Positions 52,201 to 64,000 of a DNA stretch of 64,000 bases are shown here, in pieces. Location: contig NC_043008.1 of the NCBI RefSeq assembly GCF_006345805.1, positions 7,688,001 through 7,752,000 of the forward strand. The letters are read 5' to 3'. The DNA is from Octopus sinensis (lineage: Eukaryota). Numbering within the stretch: the first letter of the stretch is position 1; each line of letters starts with the position of its first letter. The notes under the pieces were generated by a model. It was not told the DNA's origin. It saw only the letters and a list, made by a program, of their open reading frames with translations, and did not search any database. The translations under genes and the position numbers were made by a program.

Positions 52201-54117
52201 AGCCTTTGATGATATTTATCAGAAAACACATAAACCTAAACGTTAACGGCCACCGTTCTTTTGAACGGATTTTTCGTTAAAAACAGGAAGTCATACGTGC
52301 CTTATTTGATAACCGATATCTTCCTATATCATTCAACGTCCTACGGTCTTCTTTATAGATATTGGCCTTCGAGCAGTCTCTAAACTTGTAGTTACATTTA
52401 TATTAACATGCGCAACATATCACACATTAGGATTCCGATTTAAATCTCAGGTTTTCAAAGTGAAATTCTTAACTCCAAGGCTTGACCTGAAACGAAATAG
52501 ATCACCTGTATTTTGAAAGACGACTAATATAGCGCCAGTGTGAAAAGTTATATGTTTCTGTTATTAATTACTTACAGAAGAAAGACACTTAAAAATTTGA
52601 GCTTAGCTGATCCTAATATATAGGAATAAACCCATGACCAGAAAATAGATAAGTATACGCAAATTACTCATTGATGCATTTGCGATAGATTTCCTACAAA
52701 GACAAAAAAATATTTATGTAGAGGGATCTATTGATTTAGCTATTAAGATTGAGCCAAATTATTAACATGCAACATAAATAGCAGGAAGATTGGTGGGTCT
52801 CTCGTTTAGGTTTGGTTTTGCATAACGAGCCATTTACACCGTATAACAAGATTTTATATGTTTTTATGCCTTCGGTTAGAAAGTGTTATTTCAGATTTTC
52901 CTCCACCTACAACACAAAGGAAATGACTACTGTTCCCTTCAGGCTTCGCTTTTGTGACATGGATATTTTCCATTACATTTCAGACAGATTCATCACTGAG
53001 TTGCTGAAGCGGAAATATCATCATAGCAAATATTCTGCACAAAGTCACAGACTTACTTGTCAGTTGCTTCACCTACAACGTTTGAATGGTTGTCCCTTAA
53101 TGGCTGAGAAAATGTGCCTCTATGATCATCAGCAGGAGTAGTGGGGAAGCATCATAACCATGTGCTCAGAGCGATTCTTTGGCGTTTGAATAAATGTAAC
53201 AAAAGTAAAGTTGGAAGGAAATATCAGCTAATTTAGGCACATTCTTGGAGTAAGCAAATAGGGGATAACAGATGATGTGTGGTATTTTGACAGGGTGCTT
53301 ATTTTCCTAGTCCTATCCATTATTGTCATTGTGACGAACAGTAATTGTCGCAATGACAACCGCTGACGTTCAGATTTATAACAAGTTGTGTATAATAGCA
53401 CTGACGAGACGAGTGTGTTTACTTAAGCAAAATCCATGACCAAGCATTTCGAAGTGTAACAGCTGATATTCTGTAAAACAATTGCTAAACATATTCATAT
53501 TGGCATTGAACACCGGAGTTTCGTAACTTTAGAAATATTGAAGCTGATTCTGTAAGACAAAAGTGGTTTCAAAATTCTACAGGTAAGATAAGGAAGTGAG
53601 AGAGTTCTTCCAGAACACTGCCTGAAAACCTGCTTCCAATTCTATACACACCAGGTGACATGTGAATATAATTCGTTATTGAACGATAGTTAATTAACTT
53701 TAATCCTTAAAGTATATTTTCTCGTGCTAAAAGGCACATGAACATATTCTTAAGTCAGAAAACGATGCATATTCAATTGAAATATGTATACATAATAAAT
53801 GTATCTGTATGTATTTTAGTGTGTGTGTGTTTATGTGTGCGTGGGCACGCACGCGTATTGTCTTATGTGTGAACGTTCCTGCAAAATTTGTTCGATGAAT
53901 ACACTATTCATTTTGAAAAAAATGTGGATCAGTTTAGTAAATTAATCGCTGATATAGAATTTTAGCGAAGTTTTAATTCAATATGTTGTTAAACGTGGGC
54001 GAGAAAAAGATTTAACATTTCTCTCCATATATTGAGTTGATGTAATACACACACGAACACACGTATACAAACACACACTCTCACACATATGTATGTATTT
54101 ATGTGCATGTATATAGA

Positions 54118-54154
54118 TCAATAGACAGATAGACAGACAGACAGATAGATATAG

Positions 54155-54192
<38 letters not shown>

Positions 54193-54318
54193 TGAGAGAG
54201 AGGGAGAAAGTGAGAGAGAGAGATAAATAGGTAGATAGATTGATAGATAGATAGATAGATAGACAGATAGATAGATAGATAAATAGGTAGATAGATAGAT
54301 AGCTAGATAGATAGATAA

Positions 54319-54361
<43 letters not shown>

Positions 54362-54403
54362 TAAATAGATAAATATAAATAGATAGATAGATATAAATAG
54401 ATG

Positions 54404-54442
<39 letters not shown>

Positions 54443-54470
54443 GGATAGATAGATAGATAGATAGGTAGAC

Positions 54471-54506
<36 letters not shown>

Positions 54507-54534
54507 GGATAGATAGATAGATAGATAGGTAGAC

Positions 54535-54577
<43 letters not shown>

Positions 54578-54618
54578 AATAGATAGATAGATAGATAGAA
54601 ATAGATAGATAGATAGAA

Positions 54619-54653
<35 letters not shown>

Positions 54654-54656
54654 TAA

Positions 54657-54727
<71 letters not shown>

Positions 54728-54764
54728 TAAATAGATATATAGACGGATAGATAGATAGATATAA

Positions 54765-54838
<74 letters not shown>
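54118..54838. repeat. Long (GATA)n compound microsatellite
   Basis: Seen directly. Confidence 0.97.
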
Positions 54839-54840
<2 letters not shown>

Positions 54841-55188
54841 CGTTAATAGTTGTATGATTTCTGTCACGTGGATCAGGGAAATGCTTACGTCGGTAAATGT
54901 GATTTTATGTTTTATTGAACATCCATCATAAACGTCAACGCATTGCATTTATTTTTGTTGCAAAAGTTTTAATTCTAGAAGATATGTGACAGAAGTGTTT
55001 TGTGAGAGAAACTATGTTAGTCAGGATTGATTAAATTTGCTTACATTTACAAAAATCTCTACGCAATTAGAAATGCATGTATTAACCCTAAATTGCAAAA
55101 CAATAAATTCGTTTAGAGTATCTGCTGAATCTCATCACGATGTGATAAAAGCTAAAGCATATGTAAACAACATATACAATAATATATA

Positions 55189-55403
55189 GGGCGGCGAGCT
55201 GGCAGAAACGTTAGCACGCCGGGCGAAATACGCAGCCGTATTTCGTCTGCCGTTAAGTTCTGGGTTCAAATTCTGCCGAGGTCGACTTTGCTTTCATCTT
55301 TTCGGGGTCGAGAAATTAAGTATCAGTTACGGACTGGGGTCGGTCTAATCGACTTAATCCGTTTGTCTGTCCTTGTTTAGCCCCTTGTGTGTAGTTAAGA
55401 AAT
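55189..55403 (+). mobile_element. SINE family B
   Basis: Family B body. Confidence 0.88.
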
Positions 55404-55935
55404 ATGTACAACAATATATAACAACCTGATGTTAGTTCTTGGCACACTTTCTGTGTCTCGCAAGTATTTGCAGCAATATCCAACCCAACAAAATTTACTT
55501 TCGATGGGTTAGCAGATTATTTCAGATTGATTTAGCGGAATGATGTGATTTATTAAGCATCTCAGAGATTTCTAGTTTTGTTCTAGCTCAGATGTTTTTC
55601 AATGCAACAGAACATAATGGGACAATTCAATAATTGTGACGGAAGATTATAAGTTCAAGATAGCAATTTGTATATCTTACTTAACGTGGATATACTGCAG
55701 AAAACCACAAAACTGCGAAATCTCCGTCAAGAAAGGATTTCGTATAAAGGTATATTACGTCTAGCAATTTCATCGTCGATGCTACAAGCTTTTATTCTTC
55801 TACCGATAAACTTCTCTGCATTTTAGTATTATATATTTATCTGAGATACTTTCTCGAGACAATTATTGCAGCATTTTGGCTTTCAATATGCAGAATGCAA
55901 ATCTCACATGTATGTTATAATGTTAGTGAAAGGAA

Positions 55936-56130
55936 GGCGGTGACTGGCATTTCGCCCATCATTACGTTCTGTCATTCAAATTACGTTCCGTCGTTCAAAT
56001 TCTGCCGAGCTTAACTTTTCCTTTATCCTTGTGGGATCGATAAGATAAGTTCCAGTTGAGCACTCAGATCGATGTAATCGAATTATTCTCTCCCAGAAAT
56101 TGATGGTTTACGCCAAAATTGGAAACAATT
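55936..56130 (+). mobile_element. Degenerate SINE family B
   Basis: GTTCAAATTCTGCCGAG and GATCGATAAGATAAGTTCCAG blocks. Confidence 0.6.
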
Positions 56131-56534
56131 GTCCGCAAAGAGTTTGAATGACAACTTGGTTTTACTACGAAAATCTGACATATTTGGGTTTTATTCAAAA
56201 TATGTTGAAGTATGGAAAGGAAATAGCGTTAATAAAAGGTCTACAAAATTTCCTCTGAACTTACAACACATTTTTAATGAGCTTGTTAGAAATGGCTGCA
56301 TATATTAGGAGTCTGTACACTGTAGATATTGTTCTGCAAAAAATAATGAGCTATCAAATAACTGTGTGGAAAAGGTGAACAGGCGCAGAAGTTGAAGGAT
56401 GCGGTTGGATAAATACATATATACAAACATCCCCTCTCTCTCTGAAACACACACACATATGCATACATACAGATGTATATATACATACGTGTCTATGTGA
56501 GTATGATTGTGTGTGTGAGTGCATGTGTGTGTAT

Positions 56535-56572
<38 letters not shown>

Positions 56573-57019
56573 CGGAGGCATTAGAAGGCATCACTTCGCA
56601 AGAATCCCAGCACTGCTTCGAACAGTGAACAACGTGTCAGTACTGATGCATTGCTTCAAATGGAGAATACCTTGAAGGCGGTAAAAGTGTATAAAATAAC
56701 ATGGCAAATTTCCGGTTTCTCTTTTGAACCCTATCCCCATATACACACACACAGATTGACGCTTGTGCATTCATATACATAGGTCTGTGTATATTTGTTG
56801 TTCGTATGTATGTCATACTATTTATTTGGTGGTTCTAAATCCCATTTATTTTTGTTTTTCTTTTACCTAACACTATATTATTCTGATGGACCACCATTTC
56901 CACTGAACGTTCAAAAGCGGGTTTTATAAATACTTCGTTTCCAATGTCTATTTTGCTTTTCACACATTAACTTATATAGGTTTGCATTATATTCTTTTCT
57001 TCTCTAGGCACAATGCTCG

Positions 57020-57410
57020 AAATTGGGTGGCGGCTGCCAGTCGATCAGATCGAAACCAGTACACAACTGGTACCTAATTTATCCACCCCGGAATGATAAA
57101 AGGCAAAGTCGACCTCAGCGGAATTTGAACTCAGAACGTAAAGACAAACGAAATACCGCTAAGCATTTCGTCCGGCGTGATAATACAGTAATATTTAGAT
57201 TCAGATAAGGGGGTGAGCTTGTAGAATCTTTAGGACGCCGGGAAAACTGCTGAGCCACATTTTCTCCGTTGTTACGTTTTGAGTTCTAATTCCACCGAGG
57301 TTGACTTTGCCTTTCATGCTTCCGTTTTCGATAAAATAAGTACCAGCTAAACACTGTAATCGAATTACCCTCTCCCTCAAAATTGCTTTCTTTTGCCAAA
57401 ATTTCAAATC
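57020..57410. mobile_element. Head-to-head pair of SINE family B copies (57020-57180 minus, 57207-57410 plus)
   Basis: Family B blocks on opposite strands. Confidence 0.7.
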
Positions 57411-57866
57411 AATATTTAGATTCAGAAGATCTTAATCTATAAGCTACATAAAATTATTGGTCAAAGCAAGATCATAGCCTGAAGGTGACTTTTAATTTTG
57501 AGCATATATAAGTACAGCTTTGCAACGCAATATCGGAGAAACGAAATAGGATCTCCCAGTAATAGGAGTTATTGGACACTTAAGAATGTCTCCGATAAAG
57601 ACGTTAATCCTTCCTGTTCGCTTAAATCTATGTTTATGTCAATTAAAACGAATACATTTATTTCTTATTTATGAGAATCTTCCCCCGTCTTATAAACATC
57701 GTCATCGTCATGCAGATCACGTCCTATTATAACACATCCCGTTTTGTTTAGCTTTCAGTGCACTTTCCTTTTCATACATGCATGCACATGTACTATTAAC
57801 TTATCTACCTACCCACCTACGTAAATACATACTTTCATATACATAATACACATATGTATGTGTGTG

Positions 57867-57919
<53 letters not shown>

Positions 57920-57931
57920 GGGAGAGCCAGA

Positions 57932-57990
<59 letters not shown>

Positions 57991-58010
57991 ATATCTATCT
58001 ATCTATCTAT

Positions 58011-58636
58011 CTATGGCGAAAGAATGTATCTGGTGGACGCGTCTGAAAGGATTAGAGACAAACACTTTCCTCTCTGGTCCATCTCTCATCAACTTCTTCA
58101 AGTATCACTTGAAGAAAAAAGTGAGAGTAGAGAGGCAAGTTTTGTCTAGTGAATGTTTTAAAAAATGATGGGTGAATGTAGCAAGGATGGCATGTATGAA
58201 TGACGAAGCCACCTTGACTATGATTCTATGAACCGTAAAATTAATACAGAGAGTTGCTTATTTGCAAAAAAAAAAGAAATATAACATGTGACTTCATTGA
58301 CCGAGGTTACCGTGGTCTTTTCCGTAGGCTTTTTTTTCCACGGGTAAACCTCACCTGTCCTCCCCTTTACACTTCATATTGACATTTCTTTGATAACGAT
58401 CCCTATTGATCAATTTTTTTTCCTCTCACCCTTTTTTTTTAACCCCCCCTTTTTTTGTCCTGTTTCTCTCCTTTTACGATCCCTTTTGATCGACCCCCCT
58501 TTTCTATTTTTTTTTTATTTTATTTGTTATTTTATTTTTTTTTATCTTTATTTTTTTTTTTAAACCTTCAAAAGAAAAGCTCTACCTTGTAATTTGTTCT
58601 ATCTGTGTGCAGCCCTGTGTGGCTAATAAAGAAACA
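58011..58636 (+). mobile_element. Tx1/L1-like LINE copy 1 (5'-truncated: ORF2 end and 3' UTR) in (CTAT)n
   Basis: Inverse of the 3' ends of copies 3 and 4; ORF2 stop at 58229-58231; ends GGCTAATAAAGAAACA. Confidence 0.9.
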
Positions 58637-58642
58637 TATCTC

Positions 58643-58691
<49 letters not shown>

Positions 58692-58699
58692 TATCTATC

Positions 58700-58730
<31 letters not shown>

Positions 58731-58952
58731 TGTGTATATGTATATATATATAAAGATATATAGATAATTAGATAAATATATATATATATATATATATAAA
58801 AGATAGATATATAATTAGATAAATAAATAAATATATATATATAAAGACAGATAGATAATTAGATAAAAAGATAGAGTAGATAGATTGATAGAGAGGGAGA
58901 GAGAAAGAGATAGATAAATAGATAGATAAATAGATAGATAGATAGATAGATA

Positions 58953-59182
58953 TGTTTCTTTATTAGCCACACAGGTCTGCACACAGATAGAACAAATTAC
59001 AAGGTAGAGCTTTTCTTTTGAAGGTTTAAAAAAAAAAATTTAAAAAAAAAATAAAAATAAAAAAATAAAAATAAAAAAAAAATAAAAAATAAGAAAAAAA
59101 TAAAATAAAATAAAAATAAAATAAAAAAGGGGGGGTCGATCAAAAGGGATCGTAAAAGGAGAGAAAGAGGACAAAAAAAAAA
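58953..59182 (-). mobile_element. Tx1/L1-like LINE copy 2 (230-bp 3' UTR fragment)
   Basis: Same 3' terminus, flanked by (GATA)n. Confidence 0.88.
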
Positions 59183-59193
59183 TAGATAGATAA

Positions 59194-59226
<33 letters not shown>

Positions 59227-59240
59227 CAGATAGATAGATA

Positions 59241-62004
59241 TGTTTCTTTATTAGCCACACAGGGCTGCACACAGATAGAACAAATTACAAGGTAGAGCTT
59301 TTCTTTTGAAGGTTTAAAAAAAAAAAAAAAAAAAGGGAAGGGGGAGTTTCGATCAAAAGGGATCGTAAAAGGAGAAAAGAGGACAAAAAAAGGGGGGGGT
59401 TAAAAAAAAAAAAAAAAAAAAAAAAAGGGGGAGAGGAAAAAAAAATTGATCAATAGGGATCGTTATCACAGAAATGTCAATATGAAGTGTAAAGGGGAGG
59501 ACAGGTGAGGTTTACCGTGGAAAGAAAAGCCTACGGAAAAGACCACGGTAACCTCGGTCAATGAAGTCACATTTTATATTTCTTTTTTTTTTTTCTTTTT
59601 TTTTTTTTTGCAAATAAGCAACTCTCTGTTTTCGATTTCTGGGTTCATAGGACTATGCTCAAGGTGGCTTCGTCATTCATACGTGCCATTCTTGCTACAT
59701 TCACCCATCTTTTTTTAAAACATTCGCTAGACAAAACTTGCCTCTCTACTCTCACTTTCCTTTTCAAGTGGTACTTGAAGAAGTTGATGAGAGATTGACC
59801 AGAGAGGAAGTGTTTGTCTCCAATCCTTTCAGACGCGTCCACCAGATACATTCTTTCGCCATAGCCACAAGGATGATGAAATAGCTCTTCCTTCCCGTTT
59901 GAAGGAAGGAGGCGTGACAATATTGACGATAGACTCAGCTGATAAACCGACTCGTCCCACACGTGACAGCAGTTGTTCGACATAAGCCCACAGGTCGGAA
60001 ATTGTTGGACACTGAACGAGTGCGTGCAGAACGGTTTCGTCGCTCTGACCGCATCTCGGGCAGGTCGGCCCCGTGTTTCTCGAGCCGTGTCTGTAGAGCT
60101 TATCCCGAACGGGTAGCGCTTCTCGGTAGCACTGCCAGGCCAGGGATCTCTGGAAGTTGTCCATGGGCCCTGCCCGAAAGTCGTCCCGAACAGGGGGGGT
60201 CAGGTACTCCTCGTCGACGTCCAGGTTCGCCCCGAGCTCGTCGTCGTACCTCCCCTCCACTAAACCCCTATAGAATGCTTTGGTTGTGTTGAAGTCACTT
60301 AAGGTCGACCCAGGACGGCAGAGTTGCTTGAGAGCAACGCGACACTCGCGGTGCCATTCGCCCTTCCTCGGCCTCTTTTGATCCACGACTGCAGTTCGGT
60401 CATGGAGACGAGCTGCGGGAAAGCGTGCCTCACAAACGGCGACCACACCTGTTCACCGTCGTCTACATAGAGCCAGAGATGTCGCAGTCTCAGCGCGTGT
60501 CTGCGCATCATCAACCACGGCATGCCCAGCCCTCCTTTTAACGGGTGTTGACAGCAAATGGATCGCCTGACCATCGGGACGCATCCTTTCCACAAGAAGC
60601 GAAAGAGGATGCGTTGTAGTTTGGTGATGGTAGGGTCGGGACAAGGTACGACGGTCAGGCGGTAGTAGTAGTAGATGACGGACGCGATGTCGGTTCGCCA
60701 CCTCCGCTCGACCTTTTAGGGACAGTTTCTCTCGGCCCATTGCCGGGCGAGAGTGACCACCCTACTCGTTATCTCGTTCCAGTTCTTCTCCACTTGGAGG
60801 TCCGGACCGAACCAGACCCCGAGCAACTCAACCGGGCCGTCGGTCCAGCGTCCCACGACGGAGGCGCTGGTGGACGGCATGGGCTTGCTTCTCCAGGTGC
60901 CTAGTCGCAAGCCCCTGACTTTTCCCGGTTGATTTTCGCTCCTGTCACCGCTTCGTAGTTTTTCAGTGTCTCGCCGACCAGCTCGATGTGCTCGTGGCTA
61001 GACACTATGACGGTGACGTCGTCCGCGTATGCAGACACGCTCGTCCCGCATCCCAATACTCGCGGGATGCCCCTTAGAGTCGCCAGCTTCCGCAGTAGTG
61101 GCTCAAGAGTCAATACGTATAGAAGCGCCGAGAGGGGGCATCCCTGACGGACCGAACGTGCAATGTCGAAAGGTCTCGATAGATGTCCATTTACGCGAAT
61201 TACCGAACGGATGCCTCTGTACAAGGCAGCTATCCAGCCGCGGAAGACGGGACCGAAACCAGCCGCTCTCAGGACTGCTTCCAAGTATCGATGGTCTACC
61301 CTATCAAAGGCTTTCGATTGATCCAAGTTGATCAGGGCCCCACCCATGCCAGGTTCGTTAACTACCTGTCTATGATGTAGCGCATCAGATGGAGGTTGTC
61401 ATGGATGGTCCGGCCTGGCACGGCGCATGTTTGCGCCTTGTCGACCAGTTTCTCGATGACAGCGCCAACCTCTTGGCTAGCACCTTGGCCAAAATTTTCA
61501 AGTCTGCATTAAGCAGAGTGATGGGCCTAAAGTTATCTATTACATTTCCCTTGTTTAGATCTTTCTTCAGCAGTGTTACGGCTCCTCGGCTCACAAAACC
61601 AGAATGCTCCCGTTTTGCTGCCAGTTGCAGTACACCGCCGCCAAGAGATCTCCAAACAGTCTGGCATACAATTGTAAAGCTCGTAGGGTAGACCATCCAA
61701 ACCCGGTTGATTTGTCCCTCGAGCATTCTGCCATCGCTTCCCGCACTTCCGCCGCCGTGATGGCACCTTCGCAGCACCCTGCCTTTCTTGTCGAGAGTCG
61801 TGGTAGGCTATGTAGGTAGGCACTGAAGTCCACCCTACGTTCTTGCCCTCCACTCGTTCCGAACAGTCGGGCAAAATGCTGCTGAAAGGCCTCACACATT
61901 TTACTTGGCTCGAGCAATTCGCGCCCCTGTTCATCTACCAGTGACCGAATGGTGGCTTTGTTGCCCTGTTGCGCCTCTGCCACCCGGGCCTCTCTCGCGG
62001 CTCC

Positions 62005-62006
<2 letters not shown>
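59241..62006 (-). mobile_element. Tx1/L1-like LINE copy 3 (about 2.8 kb, 5'-truncated)
   Basis: RT and C-terminal CCHC fragments in the ORF track; flanked by (GATA)n. Confidence 0.92.
59645..62006 (-). pseudogene. Frameshifted ORF2 (RT and zinc knuckle) of copy 3
   Basis: GLDGLPYELY, NFRPITLLNADLKILAKVLAKRL, LDQSKAFDRVDH, VRQGCPLS, AYADDVTVIV and CPRCGQSDETVLHALVQC spread over several frames. Confidence 0.9.
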
Positions 62007-62084
<78 letters not shown>

Positions 62085-62322
62085 CAGATAGATAGATAGA
62101 TAGACAGACAGATAGATAGATAGATAGATAGATAGATATATAGATAGATAGATAGACAGATTGATAGATAGATATATAGATAGACAGATAGATAGATAGA
62201 TAGATATATAGATAGATAGATAGATAGATAGATAGACAGATAGATAGATAGATAGATAGATAGACAGATAGATAGATAGATAGATATATAGATAGACAGA
62301 TAGATAGATAGATAGATAGATA
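62007..62322. repeat. (GATA)n spacer between LINE copies 3 and 4
   Basis: Seen directly. Confidence 0.97.
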
Positions 62323-64000
62323 TGTTTCTTTATTAGCCACACAGGGCTGCACACAGATAGAACAAATTACAAGGTAGAGCTTTTCTTTTGAAGGTTTAAA
62401 AAATAAAAAAATAAAAAAATAAAAAAATAAAAAATAAAAAATAAAAAAAAATAAATAAATAAAATAAAATAAAAAATAAGAAAAAATAAAATAAAATAAA
62501 AATAAAATAAAAAAGGGGGGGTCGATCAAAAGGGATCGTAAAAGGAGAGGAAGACAACAAAAAAAAAGGGGGGTTTAAAAAAAAAGGGGGAGAGGAAAAA
62601 AATTGATCAATAGGGATCGTTATCACAGAAATGTCAATATGAAGTGTAAAGGGGGGGACAGGTGAGGTTTACCCGTGGAAAGAAAAGCCTACGGAAAAGA
62701 CCACGGTAACCTCGGTCAATGAAGTCACATGTTATATTTCTTTTTTTTTTTTTTTTTTTTTTTTGCAAATAAGCAACTCTCTGTATTAATTTTTACGGTT
62801 CATAGAATCATAGTCAAGGTGGCTTCGTCATTCATACGTGCCATCCTTGCTACATTCACCCATCTTTTTTTAAAACATTCACTAGACAAAACTTGCCTCT
62901 CTACTCTCACTTTTTCTTCAAGTGATACTTGAAGAAGTTGATGAGAGATTGACCAGAGAGGAAAGTGTTTGTCTCTAATCCTTTCAGACGCGTCCACCAG
63001 AGATACATTCTTTCGCCATAGCCACAAGTATGATAAAAATAGCTCTTCCTTCCCGTTTGAAGGAAGGAGGCGTGACGATATTAACGATAGACTCGGCTGA
63101 TAAACCGACACGTCCCACACGTGACAGCAGTCGTTCGACATAAGCCCACAGGTGGGAAATTGCTGGACACTGCACGATTGCGTGCAGAGCGGTTTCGTCG
63201 CTCTGCCCGCATCTCGGGCAGTCGGCCCCGTGTTTCTCGAGCCATGCCTATAGAGCTTATCCCGAACGGGTAGCGCTTCTCGGTAGCACCGCCAGGCCAG
63301 GGATCTCTGGAGTTGTCCATAGGTCCCGGGCCGAAAGTCGTTTTGAAACAGGCGGGTCAGGTATTCCTCGTCGACGCCCAGGTTTGCCCCGAGCTCGTCG
63401 TCGTACCTCCCCTCCACTAATCCCCTATAGAATGCTTTGGTGTGTTGAAGTCACTCAAGGTCGACCCGGGACGGCAGAGTTGCTTGAGAGCAACGCGGAC
63501 ACTCGCGGTGCCATTCGCCCTTCTTCGGCCTCTTTTGATCCACGACTGTAGTTCGGTCATGGAGACGAGTTGCGGGAATGCGTGCCTCACAAACGGCGAC
63601 CACACCTGTTCACCGTCGTCTACATAGAGCCGGAGATGTCGCAGTCTCAGCGCGTGTCTGCGCATCATCAACCACGGCATGCCCAGCCCTCCTTTTAACG
63701 GGTGTTGACAGCAAATGGATCGCCTGACCATCGGGACGCATCCTTTCCACAAGAAGCGGAAGAGGATGCGTTTCTAGTTTGGTGATGGTAGGGTCGGGAC
63801 AAGGTACGACGGTCAGGCGGTAGTAGATGATGGACGCGATGTACGCGTTCACACCTCCGCCCGACCTTTTAGGGACAGTTTCCTCTCGGCCCATTGCTGG
63901 GAGAGAGTGACCACCCTACTCGTTATCTCGTTCCAGTTCTTCTCCATTTGGAGGTCCGGACCGAACCAGACCCCGAGCAACTCAACCGGGCCGTCTGTCC
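62323..64000 (-). mobile_element. Tx1/L1-like LINE copy 4 (continues beyond the window)
   Basis: Closely similar to copy 3 over 3' UTR and ORF2 C-terminus; same terminus. Confidence 0.92.

Noticed and set aside
59241-64000. Many single-base frameshifts between LINE copies 3 and 4 read as biological decay or programmed frameshifting
   Set aside because: Several lie in homopolymers and may be long-read assembly errors; cannot be judged without reads

Overview
AT-rich, microsatellite-dense animal genomic DNA with no host gene I can support. The SINE repertoire suggests an octopus (inference). The window is dominated by retroelements. (1) A young Penelope-like element (PLE) at 101-5165 has an intact RT + GIY-YIG ORF, an inverted copy of its 3' end at the 5' side, and a hammerhead ribozyme (HHR) in each arm. 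(2) A non-coding 485-bp tandem array at 7486-9004 carries a type I HHR in every complete monomer, including an inverted near-full monomer at its 5' side. It looks like a circular-RNA retrozyme integrated with the same signature as the PLE. (3) A second, ORF-less inversion element with an HHR lies at 22031-23252, and several degenerate HHR-like motifs sit just inside (TA)n tracts. (4) A decayed R4/Dong-like LINE ends at (TAA)n. (5) Four copies of a Tx1/L1-like LINE all end in the same phase of (CTAT)n. There are also about 25 tRNA-derived SINE copies or fragments. Coordinates were read by hand, and SINE and repeat borders are approximate. No folding, alignment or database search was run.
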